From NCBI GenBank assembly GCA_023485845.1, contig JAMCZE010000001.1:1-60455 (forward strand): DNA of 60,455 nucleotides, read 5' to 3'. This document shows, in pieces, positions 17,933-27,256 of this stretch. This stretch comes from Patescibacteria group bacterium (lineage in GTDB: Bacteria > Patescibacteriota > Microgenomatia > JAMCZE01). Every line of letters begins with the position of its first letter. Positions within the stretch are counted from its first letter, which is position 1. Below the pieces are notes generated by a model. It ran no database searches. It was given only the letters and a program-made list of their open reading frames with translations, and was not told where the DNA came from. The position numbers and the translations under genes are program-made.

Positions 17933-18510
17933 CAGGAGATTAACTCTTCTTCGTCACCGATGACCATGATCCGGCTGGTTTCCAAAATTCCCAGGATAAA
18001 CGAATCGCGCTTTTTTTTGCGAAAGGCAAACTCCTCCTCCGTCATGGGCGTAAAAAAGATTTCCCGGCCGCGGTGAATTTCATCTTCCCGCACCAAGGCG
18101 GCCACTTCGGGAATCACCACGGTGCCGACGATTAATAAATCAACTTTCTCCGCTGAACCGGGGAGATTCCGGGCAAGTTTGCCAGAAAGCATGGCAAACT
18201 TGACTCGCCCCAACTTGTTACGATTTTTCAAAATGGCGGCTCCTAAGCCAGTGGTTTTAGTGATCAGTTCCAAAAGGTCAAAGTAGAGGGGATAGTCCTT
18301 GCGAAAAGAGTAATATAGCCGATTGGCCCGGTGTTCTTTAGTCACCATCCCGCATTTTTCCATGTGGGCCAGCTCCCGGCGAACGGCATTGATTTCTTCC
18401 TTGCTTTGGCGCACCAATTCCCGGACATGAATAATCTTGCCCGGATTGGTGAGAAAGAGCGTGAGCAGTTTAACGCGACAGCGTGAGACGATTAGGTCCG
18501 AAAGTTGCAT
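17932..18510 (-). CDS. Winged-HTH plus nucleotidyltransferase-like protein (start revised to MQLSD)
   Basis: S..RVKLL.LF...VRELVR....EINAVRREL HTH; SG.......VDLLIVG NTase-like motif. Confidence 0.75.
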   Translation of the reverse strand: MQLSDLIVSRCRVKLLTLFLTNPGKIIHVRELVRQSKEEINAVRRELAHMEKCGMVTKEHRANRLYYSFRKDYPLYFDLLELITKTTGLGAAILKNRNKLGRVKFAMLSGKLARNLPGSAEKVDLLIVGTVVIPEVAALVREDEIHRGREIFFTPMTEEEFAFRKKKRDSFILGILETSRIMVIGDEEELIS

Positions 18511-18514
18511 AAGC

Positions 18515-19723
18515 CTATTGCACCGTGACCGGCTGGCCGATGGGCAGGACCTCAATCCAAGTTAAGCCACGATTCATCTTTATCTCTACACCATTTTGGT
18601 CCAAAAATCTAGTCCTGGCTGTGCGGCTGGTTTTTTGCCAGGTGCCGTTGATCACTTTACCGTCAGAAAGGAGCATAGCTTTGCCGGAACCTTTGGTTCC
18701 ATAAAGAGTGTGCTGGCCATGACCTTCTTCGTTATAGCCGTCATCGGCCACCGTCATAGTGGTGAATTCAATGACCACGTTTTTGGCCAACAGTTGTTGG
18801 TTGGTGTCCAGATCCATGTGCGGCTTGCCGCCGTTAAAGCGTAGATAAGAATTGCTGTCGTGGTCATACTGCCATTTGACAACATAGTCGTCGGCATATG
18901 AGGCTTGTTGGCCGGAAAGGGCAAAGGTGGCGGAAAAAGCCGCCGGACGGGAATCTACTGGGGCATCGTCCTTAAACTGCCAGGGCACAAAGTTGACGTC
19001 CCAGGAAGTCTGCTTGCCGGTTTGGTCATTAGTGGAAACATTAGTGAGATCTCTTTTGGTGGCGGCAAAATCCCAAAGCTTCGTGGTGGAAGTGTAAACA
19101 GTGTGTTCGGTGGCGGTGTCCGGTCCTAGTCGCTCATAATCGCGCCAGAAGGTGGGAAAGCCAATGCTGAACTGGTTCATATCATTGTAGGCGTCCCAGC
19201 CATATTGACCAATTTGTCCGAGCGCATCCGCCGGGCCGGGCGTGTTGGCACCGCCAACGTGGGCATAGAGCGGATAGTCAGCGTATTCGGAAATCCAATC
19301 AAGATAATAGGTTCGGGCGGAGCGGACCGGGCCGACAATTTCTGAAGGCTGGCAATAGAAAATGGCCATCAGTCGGGTGATGCCGCCTTCGGCCACCGCT
19401 TCGTAGACGATGTCGGCGCTGGAAACTCCCGATTGGGGTCGGGCGGCAGCGGAATTTTCAATCATCACGCCCAACGGCCGGCGTTTTTCCCACAAGTCCC
19501 GTTCCGGTTTGGAATACATCTGCCCGTTTAGCGGACAGGCCTCGGTTTTTGGCAAATTAGCATATTGGGCGGTGGGGGAGACAAACTTGCCGTTTTGGGT
19601 GGTGGTGGCGGGCGTGATAGTGCCAGTTGGGCGCAGAACCGAGAAGGCCGCATAGGACAAACCGGCGGACAGAAGGTATAACACCAGACCTAAACCAAAT
19701 AAGAGCAGTTTTTCTTTATTCAT
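18515..19723 (-). CDS. DUF3048 domain protein
   Basis: RPLGVMIEN...ARPQSG...ADIVYE...EGGITR, GPVRSAR; N-terminal TM. Confidence 0.9.
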   Translation of the reverse strand: MNKEKLLLFGLGLVLYLLSAGLSYAAFSVLRPTGTITPATTTQNGKFVSPTAQYANLPKTEACPLNGQMYSKPERDLWEKRRPLGVMIENSAAARPQSGVSSADIVYEAVAEGGITRLMAIFYCQPSEIVGPVRSARTYYLDWISEYADYPLYAHVGGANTPGPADALGQIGQYGWDAYNDMNQFSIGFPTFWRDYERLGPDTATEHTVYTSTTKLWDFAATKRDLTNVSTNDQTGKQTSWDVNFVPWQFKDDAPVDSRPAAFSATFALSGQQASYADDYVVKWQYDHDSNSYLRFNGGKPHMDLDTNQQLLAKNVVIEFTTMTVADDGYNEEGHGQHTLYGTKGSGKAMLLSDGKVINGTWQKTSRTARTRFLDQNGVEIKMNRGLTWIEVLPIGQPVTVQ

Positions 19724-19783
19724 TTTCAATATGATAATCATAAACGACTGGACTTCCCTTCGTCAATATGTTAAAACAGGGTC

Positions 19784-20023
19784 ATGCCTAAAAAGACCAA
19801 GAAGGAAAAGATCATGGCGCAGTATCACCGGAAACTGCAGCAGATCAGCTATAAAATTCCCGAGCAAAAAACTCCCACGGTTATTGTTGCGGTTCCCAGT
19901 TTCCAGTCGCCAGTTTCCAGTCATTCGGACTATTCATACGTGCTGTCTGACCTAAAACGAATCGCCATTTTAACGGCCCTTGCAATTTGTGCTCAAGTCG
20001 TGCTATGGTATAGGTATCACTAA
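19784..20023 (+). CDS. Small membrane protein (basic N-terminus, C-terminal TM)
   Basis: MPKKTKKEK...DLKRIAILTALAICAQVVLWY. Confidence 0.7.
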   Translation: MPKKTKKEKIMAQYHRKLQQISYKIPEQKTPTVIVAVPSFQSPVSSHSDYSYVLSDLKRIAILTALAICAQVVLWYRYH

Positions 20024-20046
20024 CTGCCAAAAGGGGGTGAAGAATA

Positions 20047-20196
20047 ATGAAGCATCAAGGATATTGTGTTAAATGCCGAGCCAAAAGAGACATTACCGAT
20101 GGGAAAGAAGTGACTTGGAAGAACGGACGCCGCGCGTTTGTGGGCAAATGCCCAGTTTGCGGCACCACCGTTGCCCGTGTTTTGGGAAAAGCTTAA
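20047..20196 (+). CDS. DUF5679-like small zinc-binding protein (49 aa)
   Basis: MKHQGYCVKCRAKRDI...KNGRRAFVGKCPVCGTTVARVLGKA*; AAGGGGGTGA RBS. Not in the ORF track. Confidence 0.85.
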   Translation: MKHQGYCVKCRAKRDITDGKEVTWKNGRRAFVGKCPVCGTTVARVLGKA

Positions 20197-20223
20197 ACTA
20201 GTGGCTAGTTACTAGTAGCTAGT

Positions 20224-20257
20224 AAAGAATCGTTCTTTTTAAGAACGATTCTTTTTT
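20224..20257 (+). terminator. Intrinsic terminator
   Basis: Perfect hairpin aaagaatcgttctt-ttt-aagaacgattcttt running into a T tract. Confidence 0.8.
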
Positions 20258-20268
20258 GACCACATATA

Positions 20269-20995
20269 AGGGTGCAACCCTATTATGGACTGGTGTAACA
20301 GTATATTTTTAATAATCTATTTTTCTAAGACTAGAAAATTAAGATCAATTGGCTCCTTGATTTCATCACCGACAAATTTCTGATAATTAGGGATCTTTCG
20401 CATTTCCGCGCTGGAAAAACAATCTAGAATTGGTTTAGTGTTAAGCCATGCCGTGTGTCTTTCCCCGAGGTAGTCCCCGTAACTGCTATAGAGATAATTT
20501 TGAAAATTATCTGGGTTTCGATGAATGTAGCGACTAACCCAAAGTAAATAATTTTCATCGTCGATATCTACCGCCTTAAAGATTCCTTGAAAAAGTGAGC
20601 CTACGCGCTCGTACTTCTTATTAAAATACATAGCATAACAGGTGCAGATCGACCGCATGAACTCTGTCATCACTGTTGGTGTAGTTTGCCTAATCAGGAA
20701 ATGAAAGTGATTTGGCATTAAGCAAAAGGCGAGCAGGTCCATTTTTAGGTAAAAGTTTTTCTTGACAATCGGAATAAGCCTTCCTGATGCTACTTTAAGG
20801 GTTGCACCCTGTTTTGGAGCAGGAGAAAGGGCCATCTTTAAAAGATGCAAAAACGTCAGATAATCGTCACGATCTAGAAAGATATCCCGTTTTTCAACAC
20901 CGCGATTATAAATATGATAGAAGCCGTTTTCGTAATAGTGCTTAACCGAATTTTTCTGTGGCATGATTCTATGCTACAAAATAGGGTTGCACCCT
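20269..20995. repeat. Three REP-like palindromes AGGGTTGCACCCT (20269-20281 inverted, 20798-20810, 20983-20995)
   Basis: The outer copies form a perfect 16-bp inverted repeat (aatagggttgcaccct); the middle copy is in frame inside the transposase. Confidence 0.85.
20317..20964 (-). CDS. REP-associated tyrosine transposase (RAYT, Y1 HUH family)
   Basis: YHIYNRG...IF, CLMPNHFH (HUH), G.LFQG.FK, YIHRNP...YSSY. Confidence 0.92.
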   Translation of the reverse strand: MPQKNSVKHYYENGFYHIYNRGVEKRDIFLDRDDYLTFLHLLKMALSPAPKQGATLKVASGRLIPIVKKNFYLKMDLLAFCLMPNHFHFLIRQTTPTVMTEFMRSICTCYAMYFNKKYERVGSLFQGIFKAVDIDDENYLLWVSRYIHRNPDNFQNYLYSSYGDYLGERHTAWLNTKPILDCFSSAEMRKIPNYQKFVGDEIKEPIDLNFLVLEK

Positions 20996-21020
20996 GTAAA
21001 GTGGTAATTTGATAATTTGT

Positions 21021-21188
21021 CTAGGAGTGATTTTGTTGTGTCCTGCGGAGGTTGTGGATGAATTCGCTAATTTTCTGTCTCGCGGATTTTTTCGGTTCAA
21101 TCACTGGCATTCTTGCCATGATTTCCAGGCTAACAGGTCTTGTCCATAGTCCAGGCCTGATTTCTGTCCAACCGCCTTTTGTTGTCAT
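21021..21188 (-). CDS. Candidate 55-aa protein
   Basis: MTTKGGWTEIRPGLWTRPVSLE...QNHS*; ATGA overlap with the upstream gene's stop. Confidence 0.45.
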   Translation of the reverse strand: MTTKGGWTEIRPGLWTRPVSLEIMARMPVIEPKKSARQKISEFIHNLRRTQQNHS

Positions 21189-21868
21189 AAATATTTTACT
21201 ATTTTTGCTTGGGATTGAAGCTGTGAGAAAAAGCTTTGGAAAGCGGCGTTTTGCTTCTGGGAAATCAGTGTTTGCCGGGCTTGGGCGGCCTGGCTGGCCG
21301 GATCGGTGGAGGTTAAGCTGGCAGCGTTGGAAGCAATGTAGTCAGCCACTTGCGCATCGGTGACAGTGATTTGATCAGCCGTCAACTTTTCCAACATCAG
21401 CTGCAGTTCCACTTGGTTGCGAAAATCCGTCATGGTCATGCCCTGTTGGGCCAAGGCGTCATTGATGCTAATTTGTCCGTTGAGGGATTTTTCGATGTCG
21501 GCCACTTTGGCATCAATTTCGCTGGAAGAAACGGTCACGCCTTTTTTGGCGGCCGCTTGTTTAATCAAGTTCTCATTGGTGATTTCCTGCAGGGTTTGAT
21601 CGCCATAGTGACTAAGCATCCGACTTTCCAGCTCCCAACGCCAAACGGGCTGGCCGTTAACGGTGGCCACCACCAAGAGGCTTTTATTTCTCCAGGCAAA
21701 AACGGCCAAGAGAATCACTAAAGCCAAAATGATCAAATTTCGGGGAGAAAAAACTTTGTGATAGTCAACGGTCGGTCGCGTTGGGGTCATGGCAGCTATC
21801 GGTTCCGGCATTTTTACCGTCCGCGGTGTTCGGGTTCGAGTGTTTTTTCTGGTTATTTTTGTCGGCAT
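21185..21868 (-). CDS. SurA N-terminal / PrsA-like foldase lacking a PPIase domain
   Basis: TM, then VATVNGQP, LIKQAAAKKGVTVS, VTDAQV..Y, L.SQAKI. Confidence 0.85.
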   Translation of the reverse strand: MPTKITRKNTRTRTPRTVKMPEPIAAMTPTRPTVDYHKVFSPRNLIILALVILLAVFAWRNKSLLVVATVNGQPVWRWELESRMLSHYGDQTLQEITNENLIKQAAAKKGVTVSSSEIDAKVADIEKSLNGQISINDALAQQGMTMTDFRNQVELQLMLEKLTADQITVTDAQVADYIASNAASLTSTDPASQAAQARQTLISQKQNAAFQSFFSQLQSQAKIVKYL

Positions 21869-21901
21869 AATGTTTTTATTTTATATGATTGGCGGGAATA
21901 A

Positions 21902-22033
21902 TCAATGGGGAAAAACGGCCGTGTGTTCTCCCAGAACCACGCTGTGATCAGGAAGGAAACCTTGGGTTTTGGCATAAATCACCAAAACTAAACAAACCAA
22001 AAACCAGATAATCACATTTCTCAAGTCCTTCAT
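21902..22033 (-). CDS. Candidate 43-aa single-TM protein
   Basis: MKDLRNVIIWFLVCLVLVIYAKTQGFLPDHSVVLGEHTAVFPH*; TATTAT 8 nt before ATG. Confidence 0.55.
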   Translation of the reverse strand: MKDLRNVIIWFLVCLVLVIYAKTQGFLPDHSVVLGEHTAVFPH

Positions 22034-22052
22034 TTTGTGCTATAATACCACT

Positions 22053-22394
22053 GCTCTCTAAGACAGGGCAATGACCCCGCGAAGCTTTATGCAAAGTGGG
22101 GAGGAAAGTCCAGACAGCAGGAAGCAGGGTGCTCCGACCAAATATCGGAGGCGCCGGCCTAAAGCCGAGCGACGGTGAAGCTACAGAGACGAGTGAAATG
22201 CAACGAAGCAATTCCCCCCGCTGCAAGGTGCCGACTGGGTTTAATGCCGCTTCCCAAAATTCCCGAAGCAGCACCGCCTAGATAGATTGTTGCAGCGCCT
22301 CTAACGTAGCTGCAAGCGGAGTGGGGCTAAAACCCCCCTTCGCCAAAGGTTTCGGTGGGGTGCAACAGAATCTGGCTTACTCGTCTTAGGGAGC
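22053..22394 (+). ncRNA. rnpB: RNase P RNA (compact specificity domain)
   Basis: P1 gctctctaagac/gtcttagggagc; GAGGAAAGTCC (22101), ACAGAGA, TGAAA, TAGATAGAT, AACAGAATCTGGCTTA; TGcTATAAT promoter at 22038-22046. Confidence 0.93.
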
Positions 22395-23372
22395 TTTTAT
22401 GTGGTCTAAAATAACTCGAACCGAGGCAACAACGGGGACCGCAACCAGATAGCCCACCACTCCGAACAAATGTCCCCCGACAATCACAACCGCCAGAATT
22501 ATCAGGGGGTGCAACTTCACCATTCGCCCCATCACTTGCGGAATAACAAACAGATCCTCTAGTTGGCGAAGAACAGTGTATAAAGCGGCCACGGCCACGG
22601 CGTCAATAAACGGATTAGCGCTGATGCGCGAAGCCTGGTCGGTGAAAGCCACTATCACCGCTACCCCAGCGGCCACCAGCGGCCCGACAAAAGGAACAAT
22701 TTCCGCCAGTCCGGTGAAGACGGAAAGGATCAGGACAAAACGAACCCCGATTATTAAAAGCCCAATATAGGTGGCAAGGCTCATAATGGCCACTAAAAGG
22801 AGCTGGCCGCGCAAATAGTCGCCCAACACTTTGCCAATCTTGCCGCGGACGATTTCGACCTCTTTTGGTAAATTTTTAGTGAATTGGCTGCCGTCGCGCA
22901 AAAAATAAAAAGTGGCCACCAGAAAAATTAATAAGCTAACAGTGCGGTTAATGGCCCCAGGGATGTAGGTCGTCATCCGGCCGCCGGGAAGAGTGAGCGA
23001 GGTTCGGGCCGAGGTGAGAGTGTCCCGAGCCGCCGGAACCAACCAGTCTGGCAAAGTGGTAATTTGCAATTCTGCCTGGTTTAAAAAGACATGTGTTTCT
23101 CTTAAAAACTCTGTTGATTCTTCGCTTAATCGCAAAGCCAGATTTAAGCCGGCGGCAACTAAGAGTCCAATAGTGACAGTGTAAATTAAAAGAATTGCCA
23201 GCGTTCGTGGCATTCTAGCGCGATGGGTTAGCCAATTAACCAGGGGATTAAGCAAATAAGCCGCCAGGGCGGCCAGGATAAACGGGGTTAACACGGCTCT
23301 GGCCAAATAGGCCAAGACCACAGTGACAACCACCACTGTCAGATAAACCAAATGGCGACTCTCCACTTTCAT
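22386..23372 (-). CDS. AI-2E family transporter
   Basis: PF..A...AYLLNP.V, YLRGQ, EIVPFVGP, LHPLII....GG.LFG..G...AVP. Confidence 0.92.
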   Translation of the reverse strand: MKVESRHLVYLTVVVVTVVLAYLARAVLTPFILAALAAYLLNPLVNWLTHRARMPRTLAILLIYTVTIGLLVAAGLNLALRLSEESTEFLRETHVFLNQAELQITTLPDWLVPAARDTLTSARTSLTLPGGRMTTYIPGAINRTVSLLIFLVATFYFLRDGSQFTKNLPKEVEIVRGKIGKVLGDYLRGQLLLVAIMSLATYIGLLIIGVRFVLILSVFTGLAEIVPFVGPLVAAGVAVIVAFTDQASRISANPFIDAVAVAALYTVLRQLEDLFVIPQVMGRMVKLHPLIILAVVIVGGHLFGVVGYLVAVPVVASVRVILDHIKAP

Positions 23373-24499
23373 GGGGCAATTATACCTTCTTTGTGGTGCA
23401 GAACCAAAATGGCCCCGGAAGTGAGAATCATCCCCAGGCCAAAAAGAACCATTATCACAAGGGAGAGATTATTATTCTTGGTTAATGCCTTAGCTGATTG
23501 ACTGGCGCCAGACGAAGCGGGCCTGGCACTGGTGGTCCCCAAAACCAAATTAATTTCCGGCTCTTTAGTGGCGGTTTTTGTCTTTGCGGTCACAACGGGC
23601 GGGTTGATGGTGGCAGTTGTCACTGTTGTGACGGTGGGCGCCGGGGCGGGGGCGATAAAGCCCACCGTTTTATTGTTGGAATCGGTGTTGTCACCGGTTT
23701 GGCTATGGTGAAAACGCAAACCGATTTGGTAATCGCCCGGATCGTTTTCCGGTTTAATCCGGCCATAAATTTCTCCGGAAGCGCAGCCAGAGCCGTCGGC
23801 GGTGATTTTGGGGAATTTTGTCCAGCCGTCATTAGATGACAAATACTCACCGGCACTTTGCGTTTGGCCGCCGAGCATCTTAATAAAATAGTCCACGTTT
23901 TGATCAAAGTTTTTGATGGAGAAAGTCAATTTAAAAATGTCCCCGATTATTCCGTTGTCAACCGTGTCCCAGGAAATTTCCGGATCGGGAGTTGTCTGCT
24001 CTTCGGTTGTGTCATCGGATTGGTCCGATGGCAAATTCATTGTGGCGGAAATAGAAGCGGCATTGGAGTTTTGATGACTGGTGGGAGAACTAATATATTT
24101 CCAAACGAACAGGTTATAAATTCCCGGCCCGGTGTAGCCGCTATCGTCAATATCGAATTTCGCCTGGATCTCTGCGTTCCATGAACTGCCGTTGGGAGTA
24201 AAACTATATAGTGTCGGCAGGTCCGGGGTTGTTTGGTATCGGATCCAGTCTCCGGACGAATTTTTGGTAAAGCCAAGATAGTTTGAAGGCGCCCCATCTT
24301 TAGTAATAGCGACCTGGAGATATTGTGCGCTGCCGCTGGATATTCCGGTTATACTGACGGGAATTGTGATAATGTCGTCGGGAGAGTTAATTGTTGCCGG
24401 GGAAACATTGGAAATTGTCACGGCGGCAAAGATTTTTTGAGGAAAAAGAAACAAGAAGAAAAGTAATCCCAGCAGCCCGATGGTTCCCCATCGCCACAT
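23369..24499 (-). CDS. Cell-surface protein with signal peptide, two related beta domains, Thr/Pro linker and C-terminal TM
   Basis: Signal ending IFA-A; beta-rich repeats; VLGTTS; TM. Confidence 0.75.
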   Translation of the reverse strand: MWRWGTIGLLGLLFFLFLFPQKIFAAVTISNVSPATINSPDDIITIPVSITGISSGSAQYLQVAITKDGAPSNYLGFTKNSSGDWIRYQTTPDLPTLYSFTPNGSSWNAEIQAKFDIDDSGYTGPGIYNLFVWKYISSPTSHQNSNAASISATMNLPSDQSDDTTEEQTTPDPEISWDTVDNGIIGDIFKLTFSIKNFDQNVDYFIKMLGGQTQSAGEYLSSNDGWTKFPKITADGSGCASGEIYGRIKPENDPGDYQIGLRFHHSQTGDNTDSNNKTVGFIAPAPAPTVTTVTTATINPPVVTAKTKTATKEPEINLVLGTTSARPASSGASQSAKALTKNNNLSLVIMVLFGLGMILTSGAILVLHHKEGIIAP

Positions 24500-24512
24500 T
24501 AGTAATATGGTA

Positions 24513-25700
24513 TCACATTGTGACCTTGTCGATTTCGGTCATGCTGCCGAGACTGTAGTGGGAGGTGAAAGAAATCTCCTGGCCGTTTTCCACGAAGGGA
24601 TCATTCATTTTATAGTCCCCGTTGGAACCGCTGACTAAAACTACAAAGTGACTCGGCCCGGCGCCAATGCCCACCACCACCGGATGCCCGGCGGACAGTT
24701 CGCTGTCAATTTGCGAATAGGAAATTGACTGGCGGTTCATATTCACTCCATTGGCAGTGATTGATTTATTCAAATAGGCCGGATAGTAGACAGCAAAGTT
24801 ATCCGGGTTGCTGTTGATCGAAATCGGGTTGATGTCTTTGTGACCATAGTGGGTGGCCACCATGGCCATTGACGTAACCAAACAACCACTGTTAGCCAAC
24901 GTGTAGCCGGTGTGATTGAGGGCCATGGCTCCCCACTGACTGTCCCGTTGGTTATAGTAGCAGCCCCAATCATTGCATTTGGTTTGATTGGAAAGAAGGC
25001 TGGCGCCGCCTTGACTAGTGACGAAACCTTGGAAAGCAGCCAATTCCGCCTGAGCTTGGGCCAGCAGCTGCTGATAGGTGGCCTCGCTGTTTTGAGTCAC
25101 GGCCAACAGTTGTTGCTTATCCCGGTTTTGCTGGTCCAGTAGGTTTTTTTCCGCTTTAAGCTGGGCGGAAAGTTCTTCGACCTGCTTCTTCTTGTCAACC
25201 AATAGGTCCTTTTGGTCGTTATAATTTTTTTGCGTTAGGGCCATTTGCGTCATTAGTTCCTTATCGTGCTTCTGAACAATGCGCAAATAGTCAAATCGTT
25301 GGAAAAAATCATCAAAGTTCGCCGACAAAAGCAAATAGGTTATCGGGTCAGTTCGTCCGGCAATGTAGGTTTCGCGGATTCGATTAGCCAGGACAACGGA
25401 AGCATGGGCCAGGGAATCCTGAATAACGTTAATTTTGCCGGAAACGGAGGAAATGTCATTATTTAACCGGTCGAGCTTATCCTGAGTTTGTTGAATTTGG
25501 ACCTTAGTGAGGGCAATTTGATTATTAATTAAGTCAATTTGCGAGGATAAAGTTTTTTCCTGGCTCTGGGCATCGGCGATTTTTTGACGCAGTTGATTAA
25601 TTTGGTCCTGGAGGTCACTTTGTTGATCCGCGGCCGCCGGCCAAGTGGGGGCAAAAATAATAATAACGGCAAGGATGATGACAATCAGTCTTTTCCACAT
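24513..25700 (-). CDS. Coiled-coil (PcsB/CwlO-like) protein with C39-like cysteine peptidase domain
   Basis: Signal, long coiled coil with YLLLSANFDDF motif, YYNQRD..WG...GCLVTSMAMV...HFVV...NDP; follows ftsX. Confidence 0.85.
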   Translation of the reverse strand: MWKRLIVIILAVIIIFAPTWPAAADQQSDLQDQINQLRQKIADAQSQEKTLSSQIDLINNQIALTKVQIQQTQDKLDRLNNDISSVSGKINVIQDSLAHASVVLANRIRETYIAGRTDPITYLLLSANFDDFFQRFDYLRIVQKHDKELMTQMALTQKNYNDQKDLLVDKKKQVEELSAQLKAEKNLLDQQNRDKQQLLAVTQNSEATYQQLLAQAQAELAAFQGFVTSQGGASLLSNQTKCNDWGCYYNQRDSQWGAMALNHTGYTLANSGCLVTSMAMVATHYGHKDINPISINSNPDNFAVYYPAYLNKSITANGVNMNRQSISYSQIDSELSAGHPVVVGIGAGPSHFVVLVSGSNGDYKMNDPFVENGQEISFTSHYSLGSMTEIDKVTM

Positions 25701-26575
25701 TAATTTTTTAGGTAGTGCCAGACGGCCAAGAAACTTCCGCCCACGCCGACGATGGCGCCAGAGCCCACCGCCGCGGCTAAAATCGCCAGCATTGCCAGAG
25801 GGCTAAGCGGCAAAAGCGATAGTCCGGCCAAATAGGGTGTTAGGGCCGGGGTGGACAAAAGAATTATGGTCATCAAAATTGCCCAGGAGGCTGTGCCCCC
25901 GACTAGGCCGTAGAATAAACCTTCCAAAAGAAAAGGAGAACGAATATACCAGCCTGAAGCTCCCACCAAATTCTCCACGTCAATTTCTTCTTTGCGTAGG
26001 GCAATTTTCATCCCGATGATGGTGACGATGGTAAACAGTGAGGTGGCGGCCAGAAAAATCATTACCCCGACGCCAAACTTGCGCGTTTTGTCCAAAATGC
26101 CGATGAGATTATTAACAACGTCCTGCTGATAGGAAACATCCTCGATGTTGGAGGCCTGTTTAATGATGTTATAGAGGGTGGGCAAATCGGCAACGTTGGT
26201 GGCAGACACTTCTAGACTGGCGGGCAGGGTGTTGGCCGTAACTAATTCCAAAAGGAGGGGGTCATTCTGATTGCGCTGTTTATAAATCTGCAAAGCCTCG
26301 TCCTTGGAAACAAATTTCATGCTGGCAGCTTTTTGGGTGTCCACCAGTTTTTGTTCCACATCGGCCACCTGGTTTTCGGCCGTGATGGTGTCATTGAAAA
26401 AAACAATCACCTGGGGTTTTTGTTCCAAATAGGTTAAGAGCCGCTGTGACCCCAGGGACAAAATTAAAAAAGACAGGCCGACAAAGGTGGTGAGCATCAT
26501 AATCATCACGGCCGCCGCCGCTTGATAGGGCGATCTTCTAATGTGTTGCCAAGTGACGGTTAATTGATGAGACAT
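25700..26575 (-). CDS. ftsX: Cell division permease FtsX
   Basis: FVSKDEAL, LPASLEV, R.EEI....LVGA...YIRSPFLLEG. Confidence 0.92.
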   Translation of the reverse strand: MSHQLTVTWQHIRRSPYQAAAAVMIMMLTTFVGLSFLILSLGSQRLLTYLEQKPQVIVFFNDTITAENQVADVEQKLVDTQKAASMKFVSKDEALQIYKQRNQNDPLLLELVTANTLPASLEVSATNVADLPTLYNIIKQASNIEDVSYQQDVVNNLIGILDKTRKFGVGVMIFLAATSLFTIVTIIGMKIALRKEEIDVENLVGASGWYIRSPFLLEGLFYGLVGGTASWAILMTIILLSTPALTPYLAGLSLLPLSPLAMLAILAAAVGSGAIVGVGGSFLAVWHYLKN

Positions 26576-27250
26576 TTAATGGTATTTTCCTTTCTTATCA
26601 GAAATTATATGCCCGTCTTCAAGTCGCAGCACCCGTTTGTTCAGGGTGTCGACAATTTCCGTGTTGTGGGTGGCCATCACCACGGTGATGCCGCTCTTAT
26701 TAATCTTATCGAGAATCTTGACAATTTTCCAGGCGTTGGCGTCATCCACGTTGCCGGTTGGTTCGTCGGCCAAAAGATATTTCGGATCACCGGCTAGGGC
26801 GCGGGCAATGGCCACCCGCTGCAACTCGCCGCCGGAAAGTTGCGCCGGAAAAAAGTCACTTTTGGCGGATAGACCCACCAGGGCCAATTTTTCCGCCACT
26901 TGTTCATCAACTTCCTTTTTGGTTTTTCCTAGGACCCAGAGGGATAAAGCCACATTTTCAAAAACGCTGCGGTCGGCAAGCAGTTTTAAGTCCTGGAAAA
27001 CCACACCAATCTTGCGCCGCAACTGGGTGATTTTGCTGCCGGAAATCTTGGTGAGGGCGTGCTCATCAACGGTGATTTGGCCGGAGGTGGGAGAAAGTTC
27101 CCGGATGATCAGGCGCAAGATGGAGGTTTTGCCAGCGCCAGACGGGCCGACCAGAAAAACAAACTCCCCGTCGCCGATCTCAAAACTCAAATTAGTCAGC
27201 GCCGTCGTCCCGTCAGGAAATTTCTTATTAACTTTCTCGAAGATGATCAT
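26576..27250 (-). CDS. ftsE: Cell division ATPase FtsE
   Basis: GPSGAGKT, LRRKIGVVFQD, LSGGE.QRVAIARA, ADEPTGN. Confidence 0.95.
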   Translation of the reverse strand: MIIFEKVNKKFPDGTTALTNLSFEIGDGEFVFLVGPSGAGKTSILRLIIRELSPTSGQITVDEHALTKISGSKITQLRRKIGVVFQDLKLLADRSVFENVALSLWVLGKTKKEVDEQVAEKLALVGLSAKSDFFPAQLSGGELQRVAIARALAGDPKYLLADEPTGNVDDANAWKIVKILDKINKSGITVVMATHNTEIVDTLNKRVLRLEDGHIISDKKGKYH

Positions 27251-27256
27251 TAAGGA

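Noticed and set aside
21948-22281. ORFs 21948-22274 and 22096-22281
   Set aside because: They overlap the RNase P RNA and are likely chance open frames.
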